In this document: one piece after another, positions 10,934 to 21,355 of the stretch
How positions within the stretch are numbered: the stretch's first letter is position 1
Layout of the letters: the number at the start of each line of letters is the position of its first letter
Assembly (NCBI GenBank): GCA_026418415.1
Contig: JAOABK010000008.1
Location: 4,245-68,244 of the forward strand
Reading direction: 5' to 3'
DNA: 64,000 bases
DNA from: Pseudomonadota bacterium
GTDB lineage: Bacteria; CALINM01
The notes under the pieces: model-generated
Databases searched by the model: none
The model's input: only the letters and a program-made list of their open reading frames with translations
Told to the model about the DNA's origin: nothing
Made by a program: the position numbers and the translations under genes

Positions 10934-11412
10934 TACTAATAATTTTTTTATCTATTTCCTGTGGTATTACGATCAGGGAATATAAGACTAATGATATCAA
11001 AAATCAGAGAATCAAAATCTCTCTTTTAAATAAGACCCATGAACCCACAGTTTCTACTACATTCATAAAAACTATAGAAGAACATCTTATTAAAAGAGGT
11101 GCCTTAATAGTAGATTATGGTGAAGATTATGAGGTTACGGTAGTTCTAACTTCAGTAAAAACCCAAGCAGTTGCTTACACTGTTAAGGATGTAATAGGTG
11201 CTAATATGATTCAGATTTCAGGTATCTATTCAATCAAAGATAAAAACAAAAACACACCAGATTCCTCTGGTGTGTTTAATATATCTAACAATTATAACAT
11301 TAAAGATATTGTTGAAAGTGAAATTGAAAGATCAAGGGCTATTCAAAAATCAGCAACTGAAGTCGCAGAGATAATACTTGGTAAAATCGCTATTTTGCCT
11401 GAGAAGCCTTAA
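10897..11412 (+). CDS. lptE: LptE-like LPS-assembly lipoprotein
   Basis: Signal/lipobox-like LSISC. The pattern I..LLNKT.EP.V...F...IE..L is typical of LptE. It sits immediately downstream of leuS (classical leuS-lptE synteny) and overlaps leuS by 37 nt. Confidence 0.55.
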   Translation: MGSEKTCKYYLLILIIFLSISCGITIREYKTNDIKNQRIKISLLNKTHEPTVSTTFIKTIEEHLIKRGALIVDYGEDYEVTVVLTSVKTQAVAYTVKDVIGANMIQISGIYSIKDKNKNTPDSSGVFNISNNYNIKDIVESEIERSRAIQKSATEVAEIILGKIAILPEKP

Positions 11413-11668
11413 ATGCCTGTTTACTTAGTCTGCTTATATGCCTTGAGGCCTTATTTTTATGAATTATACCCTTTGACGCAGCCTTATCAAGCATTGATTC
11501 AGCTTTAATAAGCTCTCCCTGTATTTTTTCCTTATCCTTTGTAGAAATAGCAGTTCTTACTTTCTTTATCTGAGTTCTTAAGGCTGAAATAACTGATTTA
11601 TTTCTTGCCCTTCTTTTTAAATTTTGTCTTTCCCTTTTTCTGGCAGACTTATTTTTTTTACTTGCCAA
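11390..11668 (-). CDS. rpsT: 30S ribosomal protein S20
   Basis: MASKKNKSARKRERQNLKRRARNKS... is a basic 92-aa protein. TTG start with AGGAGG 6 nt upstream. From memory, E. coli rpsT also uses a UUG start. Confidence 0.93.
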   Translation of the reverse strand: MASKKNKSARKRERQNLKRRARNKSVISALRTQIKKVRTAISTKDKEKIQGELIKAESMLDKAASKGIIHKNKASRHISRLSKQAFKASQAK

Positions 11669-11717
11669 TTTAATCCTCCTTGTTGATAATGAACTTAAAT
11701 TTTAATTCGATTTTTTT

Positions 11718-13277
11718 ATGAAGTCAAGGGAAATTAGAAAAAAGAGTATACTAAGAGCCTTTACAGTCCTAAGTTCAATGACCTTAGTTAGCCGTATAAC
11801 TGGCTATATAAGAGATGCAGTTATAGCAGCCTTTTTAGGCGCTTCAATATACTCAGATGCTTTTTTTGTAGCCTTTCGTATACCCAATATGTTTAGAAGA
11901 CTTTTTGGAGAAGGTGCCCTAACTCCAGCAATTATACCAGTTGTATCAGGTCTAATTGATAAACCTGCAGAACAAAGAAATAGAGAGATAAAAAGTATAA
12001 TAGGCACTGCAACTCTAATAGTAGCAATTGTAACTATTTTTGGAGTTATCATAGCACCCTATTTAGTAAAAGCCCTTGCCTTTGGATTTACAAAAGATGA
12101 GAATTTATTTCAGTTAACCACTAAACTAACAAGAATAATGTTCCCCTATTTATTTTTTATTTCACTCGTTGCAGTTTTTATGGGCATTCTCAATGCCTAC
12201 CACCATTTCTTTGCACCCGCTTTTTCTCCTACCCTTTTAAACTTAAGCATGATCGCTTCTTTGTTAATTTTGAGGCCCTTCACAAGTTTACCAGTTTTTG
12301 CACTTGCAATTGGCGTTTTAATTGGAGGGCTTTTACAATTACTAATTCAGTTACCCTATTTAAAGCAAAACTCTCTTCCCCTTTTGCCATCTTTTGATTA
12401 CAAATCAAAGGCAGTAAAAGAGGTTTTACATATCGTTATACCCTCTATATTTGGCCTGGCTATTACTCAAATTAATATACTTGTAGATACATTGGTCGCA
12501 TCCTTCTTAAAAAGTGGAACAGTTTCATATCTATATTATGCTGATAGACTTTTAGAACTCCCCATAGGAATTTTTACAGTTTCCTTTGCTTCTGCACTGC
12601 TTCCATCAATATCTTCAAAGGCAACCAATAATGACATAGAAGGGGTTAGGTTTGATTTTAATAAAACACTTATTCAGTGCATGCTTTTCATTTTACCTTC
12701 GATGTTTTTTTTGCTCTTCTTTGGACAAACAATAATTTCTGTGCTCTTCAAAAGGAAAGCTTTTGATGCAATTGCAGAAATAGGTTCATTCAGAGCTCTT
12801 ATTGGATATAGCTTAGGACTTCCTTTTTTTACCTTCAACAGGTTAATTACTCCTCTTTTCTATGCCTATAAAAAGACCAAAGAACCGGTCAAAGCAGGTT
12901 TTTTTGCAATGCTTGTTAATATTATTATGGACATAACACTAATGCCTTTAGGTGAGTTTGGTTTAGCCTTAGCAACAACCCTATCGGGAATTGCAAATAC
13001 ATATTTACTTTACAGTTTTTTTAATAAAAATCATTATAGCTTAAATTTAAAAGACCCTTTAAAAACAATTTTGAAGATTTTCATTGCAGGAACATTTTCA
13101 ATAGGAATCTCAAAATTGATTTCCCTATTAATTCCAATGGGCAATACCTTTGTTAGTAAAATTATTATTTTGATACTTTATGCAACGATTTTTATGATAT
13201 TATTTATCATTCTTTTAGAATTTTTCAAGGTTGAGGAACATAAAAAAATATGGAAGCGAATCAGAATAACTCAGTAA
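11718..13277 (+). CDS. murJ: Lipid II flippase MurJ (MviN)
   Basis: SRITGYIRDAVIAAFLGAS..SDAFFVAFRIPNMFRRLFGEGAL. About 14 predicted TM helices, 519 aa. Divergent from rpsT, a common synteny. Confidence 0.9.
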   Translation: MKSREIRKKSILRAFTVLSSMTLVSRITGYIRDAVIAAFLGASIYSDAFFVAFRIPNMFRRLFGEGALTPAIIPVVSGLIDKPAEQRNREIKSIIGTATLIVAIVTIFGVIIAPYLVKALAFGFTKDENLFQLTTKLTRIMFPYLFFISLVAVFMGILNAYHHFFAPAFSPTLLNLSMIASLLILRPFTSLPVFALAIGVLIGGLLQLLIQLPYLKQNSLPLLPSFDYKSKAVKEVLHIVIPSIFGLAITQINILVDTLVASFLKSGTVSYLYYADRLLELPIGIFTVSFASALLPSISSKATNNDIEGVRFDFNKTLIQCMLFILPSMFFLLFFGQTIISVLFKRKAFDAIAEIGSFRALIGYSLGLPFFTFNRLITPLFYAYKKTKEPVKAGFFAMLVNIIMDITLMPLGEFGLALATTLSGIANTYLLYSFFNKNHYSLNLKDPLKTILKIFIAGTFSIGISKLISLLIPMGNTFVSKIIILILYATIFMILFIILLEFFKVEEHKKIWKRIRITQ

Positions 13278-13729
13278 ATGATATAATTACAACGCCATTT
13301 GGGTTTTCTTTATCAGTTTTTTACTCTGATAAAGGTATAATTGGGATTGAATTTTTAAGAGAAAAAGAAGAAAAACTTTGTAAACATAACTTTAAAAACG
13401 TAACAAACAAATTAATAGAATATTTTAACGGCGAGAGAGTAAGCTTCGATGACATTCCTGTTGTTTTAAAAAACCTAAGTAACTTCGAAATAAAAGTTTT
13501 AAATGCCTGCAGGCAAATTCCTTACGGCTGTGTTGTTACTTACAAAGAACTGGCTAAAAACATTGGCAATGAAAGGGCTTTTAGAGCGGTTGGGAACACC
13601 CTTGGCAAAAACCCCATACCAATAATTATTCCCTGCCATAGAGTAATTGGTAGCGATGGCAAACTTCACGGATTTACAGGAGGACTCGATATTAAAAAAA
13701 CACTACTAACTCTTGAGAAATCACTATAA
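13250..13729 (+). CDS. ogt: Methylated-DNA--protein-cysteine methyltransferase
   Basis: Active-site IPCHRVI, YGCVVTYKELA helix, NPIPIIIP. 159 aa. Confidence 0.85.
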   Translation: MEANQNNSVNDIITTPFGFSLSVFYSDKGIIGIEFLREKEEKLCKHNFKNVTNKLIEYFNGERVSFDDIPVVLKNLSNFEIKVLNACRQIPYGCVVTYKELAKNIGNERAFRAVGNTLGKNPIPIIIPCHRVIGSDGKLHGFTGGLDIKKTLLTLEKSL

Positions 13730-14386
13730 TTATTTATCTTGAGGTATTTTTACTATACCGTCTGTTTCACCTAAAAGTAATAAAATATCATCTTGTTTTA
13801 TAACATCTTCACTTTTGGGATTTACAATTAGATCTGTACCTCTTCTTATGGCAAGAACATTTAAATTATATTTTTTTCTCAAATGCAAATCCTTAAGAGG
13901 CTTATCTGCAAATATCAAAGGCGCCTTTATTTCAAAAATACCGTATTTATCAGTTAAAGGTATTTCCTCCATTACATTTTTTACTAATAAAGAATGGGCA
14001 ACCCTAACTGCCATATCTCTCTCTGGATATACCACCCTTGAAACTCCCATTTTTTCAAGTAGTTTCCCATGAAGTGGTGTTACTGCTTTTGCAATAATGT
14101 TTTTTATCCCCATTTCCATAAGAATCATAACTACTATAAGATTTGCTTCCACATTTTGTCCAATACTAACTATTACAATATCGACATTATTTATGCCAGA
14201 CTCTTTCAAAGCTTTCTCGTCCATGGCATCAAGTATATATGCTTGAGTCACAAAATCAGCAATTTCTCTAACTCTATCTTCTGAATTATCTATTGCTATT
14301 ACTTCAGCCCCCAATTCTGCTAAAGTCTTAGCCACATAGAAACCAAACCTACCAAGACCTATTACACCAAAAGTTTTCTTAACCAT
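13730..14386 (-). CDS. K+ uptake regulatory subunit TrkA/KtrA (RCK N and C domains)
   Basis: GLGRFG Rossmann motif, TrkA-N then TrkA-C. 218 aa. Downstream of the TrkH/KtrB gene. Confidence 0.85.
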   Translation of the reverse strand: MVKKTFGVIGLGRFGFYVAKTLAELGAEVIAIDNSEDRVREIADFVTQAYILDAMDEKALKESGINNVDIVIVSIGQNVEANLIVVMILMEMGIKNIIAKAVTPLHGKLLEKMGVSRVVYPERDMAVRVAHSLLVKNVMEEIPLTDKYGIFEIKAPLIFADKPLKDLHLRKKYNLNVLAIRRGTDLIVNPKSEDVIKQDDILLLLGETDGIVKIPQDK

Positions 14387-14396
14387 ATAATACCCC

Positions 14397-15752
14397 TTAT
14401 ATTAAAATTTTAGTTTCCGGAGATTTAATCCTTATATCCTTTTTTTGAGAAGTTAAAGACATAACAAAGCTTAAAATACCAATCTTCCCTATAAACATTG
14501 TAGCCATAATAATAATTTTACCTAAATTTGAAAAATTTGCGGAAAGGCTTAAGACTCCACCATTACCTACAGATAGGCCAACAGTAGAAAATGCAGAAAT
14601 TGTCTCAAAAAGAGATTGAGTAAAGGTAATCTTTTCAAGCTTGCTCAAATAAAGAGCAACAAGGGTAATATAGATAAAAGAAATACTAAAGATTACAAGG
14701 GCTTTATATATTTGCTCTTCATTTATCCTTCTAAAGTTAACGTTGATTGTAGTTGAACCCTTTATATAGTTATAAATAGCCAGTATTATTACAGCAAAAG
14801 TTGTTGTTTTAATTCCACCACCTGTAGATCCCGGTGAAGCTCCAATAAACATAATTGAAGAAATAAGACTTAGTGTCGCATCAGTAAAACCTGATAAATC
14901 AATGGTATTAAAGCCAGCAGTTCTTGCTGAAATGCTTGTAAAAAATGCGGTCAATATTCTCTCTTGCCAATTACATTGCCATAGACCTTTATAATTGTTG
15001 TATTCAAAAATTAAAACAGCGATTGAACCAAAAACAATAAGGTAAATACTTGTTCCAAGAACAAGTTTTGTATGTGTTGAGATCCTATTCAATTCCCCTT
15101 TGTAATAAAGGTAAAACTCATTTAAGACAAAAAAACCAATCCCTCCGCAAATTATAAGTGATGCCACGGTAAAATTAACTAAATAGTCCCCTCTAAAACT
15201 TACAAGATTATCTGAAAAAAGTGAAAATCCCGCATTATTAAATGCAGAAACCGCATGGAAAAAACTAAGCCACAAAGCCTCTACAAAATCAAATTTTTTA
15301 ATTAATGATATAAAAATTAGCAAAGTTCCGGTTAATTCAAATAATATCACAAAGAAAAAGACTCTTTTAATAAACTTAATTAATCCACTTACACCTGGAT
15401 AATTTAAGGATTCTGCAAGTATCAATCTATCCCTAAAACTTATTTTCTGTCCAAAGGTTAATAGAAAAAAGGTGGTAAAAGACATATATCCTAATCCACC
15501 TAATTGAAGTAAAGCAAGAATTATAACTTTTCCAAATAAAGTAAAATCATTTGGTGTATCTAAAACAATTAATCCCGTATCAGAAACTGCAGAAAAGGAA
15601 GTAAACAATGCATCAATAAAGGTTATTTTTTTTGTGTGAGAAAAGGGTAGGTATAATATAACTCCACCAATAAACATTATAGTCAAGTAGACAGTAAAAA
15701 AAATGCGTGCTGGCGTTGCAAAAAATCTATCAAGCAATTTTTTAATTTCCAT
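14397..15752 (-). CDS. TrkH/KtrB family K+ transporter
   Basis: Polytopic membrane protein with repeated selectivity-filter-like segments (SDTGL, NNAGFS, RTAGFN, STVGLS). The track start at 15788 is TTG, so I use the first ATG (MEIKKLL). Confidence 0.85.
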   Translation of the reverse strand: MEIKKLLDRFFATPARIFFTVYLTIMFIGGVILYLPFSHTKKITFIDALFTSFSAVSDTGLIVLDTPNDFTLFGKVIILALLQLGGLGYMSFTTFFLLTFGQKISFRDRLILAESLNYPGVSGLIKFIKRVFFFVILFELTGTLLIFISLIKKFDFVEALWLSFFHAVSAFNNAGFSLFSDNLVSFRGDYLVNFTVASLIICGGIGFFVLNEFYLYYKGELNRISTHTKLVLGTSIYLIVFGSIAVLIFEYNNYKGLWQCNWQERILTAFFTSISARTAGFNTIDLSGFTDATLSLISSIMFIGASPGSTGGGIKTTTFAVIILAIYNYIKGSTTINVNFRRINEEQIYKALVIFSISFIYITLVALYLSKLEKITFTQSLFETISAFSTVGLSVGNGGVLSLSANFSNLGKIIIMATMFIGKIGILSFVMSLTSQKKDIRIKSPETKILI

Positions 15753-15867
15753 AAAAAGATAGTATATACAAGACTCATAATAAAACAATTAGAAAATTTT
15801 GAATAACAACAGGCATAGTAGATAAATTTATTTTTACTTGATCCGAAAATTCATTTATATTTAATCT

Positions 15868-16086
15868 ATGACAATTTTAGTTACCATGGATAAAAGGGAT
15901 ATTATGTTTTTTTGTGCTCTTATTGAGGCCACTGAAAGGTTTTGTTTCATTAGAACTATAGATAAGAATAAACCGCTAATTGAAATTTCAGCATCACCTT
16001 ATTATATCAACGAATTGAAAGAACTCCTTGATTATATAAAAAAGACGATAAATTTTGAAATATTAGAGGTGTTAGAGGATGATTAA
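15868..16086 (+). CDS. Small DUF4911-like protein
   Basis: 72 aa. RDIMFFCALIEATERFCFIRTIDKNKPLIEI fits my recollection of the DUF4911 pattern. The stop overlaps the tldD start by 8 nt. Confidence 0.45.
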   Translation: MTILVTMDKRDIMFFCALIEATERFCFIRTIDKNKPLIEISASPYYINELKELLDYIKKTINFEILEVLEDD

Positions 16087-17428
16087 TATAGACCATCTTT
16101 CAATAATAAAAAAACTATCAGAAAATACTGATTTTGGCGAAATTTATCAAGAAGATGTTAATTTATATTTTATCGAAAATGAAAATGGCAAAATTGAAAA
16201 ATGTTTTAAAATAAATGACGCTGGATTTTCTATTAGGACATTTCTTAAGGGGAATATCTTTTTCTCTTCATCAAACAATAAATCCCCAGAAGAAATGCTT
16301 AATTTACATCTAAATAACTTAAATACTACAGAAAAAAGAGAGATAAAACTAATTGAAAATCATCTCAAAAGTGATTCTGAATTTCCTAATTTTTATTTCC
16401 ATGATAAACTCAAAATGATAAATGAAATTTATAATCATCTAAAAATTGAACTAAAAGAAATGATAAACTCAAAAATAACCCTTCAATATTATGAAAAAAA
16501 ATTTACAGTCTCAAATACCGATGGCATTATTACAACCAGTGAAATTTTTGGCGAGCGACTTTCTATACACATAACTTGTATTATTAATAATGAAAAATTT
16601 ACAGTTTTTGAAAGTACTGGAAAAACTTTTGACCCATTAAAGGTTGATGAAATTTATAGTTTACTGAACAAATCAATCAATAGAACGAAAAAAATGTATT
16701 TAGCTAAACCATGCCCTGCCGGTATGTTGCCTTGTATACTTTCATCTGAATCAGGTGGTACCTTGATACATGAAGCTGTTGGACATGGATTAGAAGCAGA
16801 TCTTATAGATAAAGGCATTTCTATTTATAAAGATAAATTGGGAGAAAAGGTAGCTTCATCTTTAATAACAGTTGTTGATGATAGTACATATAATAATGGC
16901 TGGGGGGCCTTTTTGTGTGATGATGAAGGAACTCCAGCGCAAAAGACAGTCCTCATTGAGAAGGGCATCTTGCAAAATTACCTATACGATAAATACTACG
17001 CCTATAAGCATAAAAAAACTTCAACCGGAAACGGTAGAAGACAATCATACTCTTATAGACCCTTTCCAAGAATGACTAATACATTAATATTGCAGGGAAC
17101 ATCAAAAGCTGATGAGCTAATTAAAAGCTTCAAAAGGGGGATTTTAGTCAACAAAATGGGTGGAGGACAAGTTAATACACTAACTGGTGATTTTATTTTT
17201 GATGTTCAGGAAGGCTATTATATTGAAAATGGAGAAATAGTTCATCCTATTAAACAGGCAAGTATAATTGGAAATGGTCCAAAAGTTCTTAGTGAAGTAG
17301 AAGCGGTATGTGACGATTTTGGCACAGCAGTAGGCACATGTGGAAAAGAGGGGCAAGGAGTTCCTGTTGGTGACGGGCAACCAACACTGTTAATACCCAG
17401 TATAACTATCGGTGGAACAGCTTTTTAA
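16079..17428 (+). CDS. tldD: TldD family metalloprotease
   Basis: HEAVGHGLEAD zinc motif and a C-terminal Gly-rich GKEGQGVPVGDGQP segment. 449 aa. Confidence 0.85.
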   Translation: MINIDHLSIIKKLSENTDFGEIYQEDVNLYFIENENGKIEKCFKINDAGFSIRTFLKGNIFFSSSNNKSPEEMLNLHLNNLNTTEKREIKLIENHLKSDSEFPNFYFHDKLKMINEIYNHLKIELKEMINSKITLQYYEKKFTVSNTDGIITTSEIFGERLSIHITCIINNEKFTVFESTGKTFDPLKVDEIYSLLNKSINRTKKMYLAKPCPAGMLPCILSSESGGTLIHEAVGHGLEADLIDKGISIYKDKLGEKVASSLITVVDDSTYNNGWGAFLCDDEGTPAQKTVLIEKGILQNYLYDKYYAYKHKKTSTGNGRRQSYSYRPFPRMTNTLILQGTSKADELIKSFKRGILVNKMGGGQVNTLTGDFIFDVQEGYYIENGEIVHPIKQASIIGNGPKVLSEVEAVCDDFGTAVGTCGKEGQGVPVGDGQPTLLIPSITIGGTAF

Positions 17429-17430
17429 TT

Positions 17431-19548
17431 TTACATACAAACCTTGTTTCTACCAGTTTGTTTTGCGGTATAAAGAGCCCTATCTGCTTGCTCAATAAAT
17501 TCTTCCTTTGTTGTCATATAGGAAACGAAGCCAGCAATGCCAATACTTATAGTTATATAAATGTAACCAGGATCAACATCTATAACAAAGGCATGTTCTT
17601 CAACTCTCTTTCTTAATCTCTCCGCAGCTATATAAGCTTTATCAGGGGAAGATTCTGTCATTAAAATTATAAACTCCTCACCACCATACCTTGCGGGTAC
17701 ATCACTTTTCCTGATAGAACTAAGGATTATTTCTGCCAATTGCCTTAATATAGCATCCCCTGCTTGATGACCATAGGTATCGTTAATTTTCTTAAAATGA
17801 TCTATATCTACCATACATAAGGAAGAGACTCTATTATATCTCTGACATCTCGCAAATTCATTTTCTAATTTTGTCTCAAAAAATCTTCTATTAAAAAGCT
17901 TTGTTAATGGATCCTTGAAAGAAAGTTCTTCTGTAATTTCATATCTTTGTGCATTTGCTATTGAAACACCTAACTGAATCATACAAGTCTCAATTGCCGA
18001 TAGAACATTGGAATTAAATACACCTTTAAGTTCGCTTAATAAAATAAAATTAGCTATTATACTACCCTGAAAAAGGACGGGAAAAACTGCGATTGAATGA
18101 ATTGTTAATAATTTTTTATCTTCCAAGGTCATACTATCATCATCTATTTCCATATAGTAGGGAACATGATGTTTTGAAACATATGATAAGATTCCCTTGC
18201 CAATTATTTCTTCTAAAACATTTTTAACCTCATCTTCATTCGATAGAGATGAAATAGTATTTTTAACATCTAAATCTCCATCATCTTTCAGAACACAAAT
18301 ATAGCCATCAAGCTCGAGAACGGTTATTAGTTCATCTCCAGCAGTTTTTATAGTCTCATTAACATTTAAAGATTTGGAAACCGCAGACGTAAAAGAATAT
18401 AATAGTAATAGTTCCTTGGTCCTTTCATCAATCCTTTTCTCTAAATCACCATATATCTCTTTTAATCTTTCTGACATCTGATTAAAATTATTTGCCAAAT
18501 CCTCTATCTCATCTTTAGTTTCCACAGTTATCTTTTCATTAAAATTCCCTTCAGAAATCCTTGATGTTAAATCCCTGAGTTTAACTATTGGTTCAGCTAT
18601 GGTCTCACTAACTTTTCTACTAATCACAAAAACAAATACAAACAAAAGACCTGATACTATCAAAAAAGACATGATTATCCTATAAGTATTAGCAAAGACA
18701 TCCTTCTCATTCTGTGCTACTGAAATAATCCAGTTAAACTTTGGCAAATATATTGAAGTACAGATGAATTTTTCACCAGATTTATCGCTAAAAGCTCCGT
18801 GTTGAAATACACCCCCATTCTCTAAAGATCTATAAAGTATCCTTTCTATTCCTGACAATTCACGTCTAATATCTTCATGTTTAATAACCAATTCAAATTT
18901 TGAATGAGCAATAATCTCTAAATGATCATCTGTTATAAATGCATAACCAGTATCACCAAAGGCAGTATTTAATAACATTTTTTGTATGTCTACAAACCAT
19001 AATTTACTTACTAACACTCCAGTTATTGTCCCATCAAACCGAAAAATAGGAACAGAAATTATCATATAAGGTTTTGTATTATCAAAACCATGTTGCACCT
19101 TTGAATAAAATGCTTTACCTTGTATAGATTCTTTGAAGAATTCTTCATTGGAGACATCTTTTAAATCTGCATTAATCTCACTTCTTAATTTAGATGCATA
19201 AATTATTTCCCTGCCTTCAATGCCCACAGCAGAGACTTCAAAAATTGAAGGATTGTGTTTTAAAATCTTCCATAAATAAAACCTAAACCGTTCATTTATT
19301 CCCTCTTCTAAAACACCTTTAGAATGACTACTTAATTCCATCATCTTTTCAACTAAATATAATCTATCATAAATCTCTTTTGAAATGTTTATGAGTTGTT
19401 CTTTTTGATGATTTCCTACGTTTTTTTTCCCCTCATAATAACTGGTGATAATTTGAAAAATAGATAAACCGGAAACTGCTGAAAAACTTATTAATAAAAG
19501 AATTAGAAAAAACTTTCTTGATATCTTGCTCTGAGATATTTTTTTCAT
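17431..19548 (-). CDS. Membrane diguanylate cyclase (Cache-like periplasmic domain, HAMP, GAF-like, GGDEF)
   Basis: Two TM segments flank a periplasmic region of about 260 aa. HAMP (PIVKLRDLTSRISEGNF...DEIEDLANNFNQM). GGEEF with an RKSD I-site at the PleD-like spacing (RKSDVPARYGGEEF). Confidence 0.85.
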   Translation of the reverse strand: MKKISQSKISRKFFLILLLISFSAVSGLSIFQIITSYYEGKKNVGNHQKEQLINISKEIYDRLYLVEKMMELSSHSKGVLEEGINERFRFYLWKILKHNPSIFEVSAVGIEGREIIYASKLRSEINADLKDVSNEEFFKESIQGKAFYSKVQHGFDNTKPYMIISVPIFRFDGTITGVLVSKLWFVDIQKMLLNTAFGDTGYAFITDDHLEIIAHSKFELVIKHEDIRRELSGIERILYRSLENGGVFQHGAFSDKSGEKFICTSIYLPKFNWIISVAQNEKDVFANTYRIIMSFLIVSGLLFVFVFVISRKVSETIAEPIVKLRDLTSRISEGNFNEKITVETKDEIEDLANNFNQMSERLKEIYGDLEKRIDERTKELLLLYSFTSAVSKSLNVNETIKTAGDELITVLELDGYICVLKDDGDLDVKNTISSLSNEDEVKNVLEEIIGKGILSYVSKHHVPYYMEIDDDSMTLEDKKLLTIHSIAVFPVLFQGSIIANFILLSELKGVFNSNVLSAIETCMIQLGVSIANAQRYEITEELSFKDPLTKLFNRRFFETKLENEFARCQRYNRVSSLCMVDIDHFKKINDTYGHQAGDAILRQLAEIILSSIRKSDVPARYGGEEFIILMTESSPDKAYIAAERLRKRVEEHAFVIDVDPGYIYITISIGIAGFVSYMTTKEEFIEQADRALYTAKQTGRNKVCM

Positions 19549-20513
19549 TCAATAACTTTGTCGGCTAAATATATTAGTTCATTAGGTATATTATATTTTT
19601 TATCCTTTGCCCAACGATTATTGATTACAAGACGGATTTTTTCTGGCACAAAAATATGTAGATCTTCTGGATTACCACCCTTTAAAATATGATCTATTAT
19701 TATAAAAGACATTTTACCCATCTCTTTCAAGTCAACTCCATAGCTCATTGTTGCACCTTTATTTACAAAGCTTTCATCACATACACTAATTGGCAATTTA
19801 GTATTTTCAGAGAATTTAATTATATCATCTATACCTGACATTACTATCGAATCTGGAACAATCACCCCCCCTTCTATACCACTAATTTTTACCTCTTTTA
19901 ATCTTCTCCTTAATTCATCAACAGAGGCAAAGTCTATTCTTTCAATTTTTACATTTAACTTTTCGGATATATTTTCTAAATCTTTAATTACCAATTGAGA
20001 AAAACCATTTTCTCTGTTATAAAATGTAAATATCTTTTTTACATGAGGGAAGGCTAACTTTAGATACTCTAATCTTTTTGTTATAAGTACTTTACCTAAA
20101 TCCGTAATGCCAGTTATTCCTTTTTTGGGTTTTTTAAAGCTCTCTGCCAACCCAGCAGTGATAGGATCTTCAACAGCTGTAAAAATTATAGGCTTATTCT
20201 TTATAATTGAATATACCGAAACTGTTGCAGGTGTGGTTACTGTATAAAAAAGGTCAAAATCTTGTTCCTTTAAATTTTTTATACCTGATTCAAACTCATT
20301 ATTGGCTATTGTAAAATCTTTAATAATTAATTCAATCTTTCCTTTATATTGACTATTCTCTATCGATTCTTTTAGGCCATTTAATATTTGCTCATATCCA
20401 TTACTTGGTATTATAACACATATCTTGTAAGTTTTATTTTCTTTTAGCTTACTACAGTTAAATATAAAAGTAGATAAAATCAAGAAAAAAAATAAATAAT
20501 ATCTTTTCTTCAT
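19545..20513 (-). CDS. Periplasmic substrate-binding protein (ABC_sub_bind-like), orphan (no permease or ATPase nearby)
   Basis: N-terminal signal/anchor MKKRYYLFFFLILSTFIFNC and an alternating beta-alpha PBP-like pattern. I chose the ATG at 20513, which forms an ATGA overlap with the MBL gene stop. 4-nt overlap with the cyclase gene. Confidence 0.65.
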   Translation of the reverse strand: MKKRYYLFFFLILSTFIFNCSKLKENKTYKICVIIPSNGYEQILNGLKESIENSQYKGKIELIIKDFTIANNEFESGIKNLKEQDFDLFYTVTTPATVSVYSIIKNKPIIFTAVEDPITAGLAESFKKPKKGITGITDLGKVLITKRLEYLKLAFPHVKKIFTFYNRENGFSQLVIKDLENISEKLNVKIERIDFASVDELRRRLKEVKISGIEGGVIVPDSIVMSGIDDIIKFSENTKLPISVCDESFVNKGATMSYGVDLKEMGKMSFIIIDHILKGGNPEDLHIFVPEKIRLVINNRWAKDKKYNIPNELIYLADKVIE

Positions 20514-21355
20514 AAAGGCCATTTCTCTTTCAAGTTTCCTTTTTCATCAAATTTACCTGCTAATACAAAGGGGTCATGGTAAAAAATTATCCAAGCATCA
20601 TTTTTTAAACAATAATTCTCCCAATATTCTTTTTTGCTAATGGACTCAAGAGGATAATTGTCATAAGCCATAACCCAAAGTGGATTATAATGTGCATGGG
20701 TTGGCATAAGATCAGCAAAATGAATAGCCACATTGTCTTTGGATCTTATTATAACAATCTGATGTCCCCTATTATGTCCTCCTGTAGGGATAACGGTAAT
20801 CCCATCTAAAACCTCATATTGGCCATCGAGCAAATATAAGTTTTTTGACTCCCCTAATTTTTCATAATTAATCTTCCAGAATGTGTTTATTGAGCGTTTG
20901 TTGGGATTTAAAACATCTTCCCACTCATTTTTTTGTAGATAAATCTTTGCCTTTGGAAATGTCAGTTCCAAGTCTGACTTTCCATTCTCCATTATTAGAC
21001 CACCTGAATGGTCAAAATCAAAGTGAGTAATAATTACATGCTCTATATCAGTCCTTTCGTATCCAAGTTCTCTTAATTCATCAACCAGATCCCACTCACC
21101 CTTAACCCTGAAAATTTCTTTTTGCTTTAAAGTAAGCTTATTTCCAAGCCCTGTTTCAATAAGTAAAAGCCCCTTATTTGTTTTAATCAATATTGGATAT
21201 GCAACCATAGGTATATAATTATCTTCAGTTACTGGATATTTTTTTGACCAAAGAGCTTTTGGAACAACCCCAAACATGGCGCCGCCGTCTAATTCAAACT
21301 CACCACCATTAAGCCAGAATAACTCAAAATCTCCTAATTTAAAAGGTCCCTTCAT
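20510..21355 (-). CDS. MBL-fold metallo-hydrolase with variant HxDxDH motif
   Basis: VIITHFDFDHSGG (H-x-D-x-D-H instead of HxHxDH), with later GGHNRGH and HDP. The track start at 21367 is TTG, so the first ATG (MKGPF) is used. Confidence 0.75.
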   Translation of the reverse strand: MKGPFKLGDFELFWLNGGEFELDGGAMFGVVPKALWSKKYPVTEDNYIPMVAYPILIKTNKGLLLIETGLGNKLTLKQKEIFRVKGEWDLVDELRELGYERTDIEHVIITHFDFDHSGGLIMENGKSDLELTFPKAKIYLQKNEWEDVLNPNKRSINTFWKINYEKLGESKNLYLLDGQYEVLDGITVIPTGGHNRGHQIVIIRSKDNVAIHFADLMPTHAHYNPLWVMAYDNYPLESISKKEYWENYCLKNDAWIIFYHDPFVLAGKFDEKGNLKEKWPL

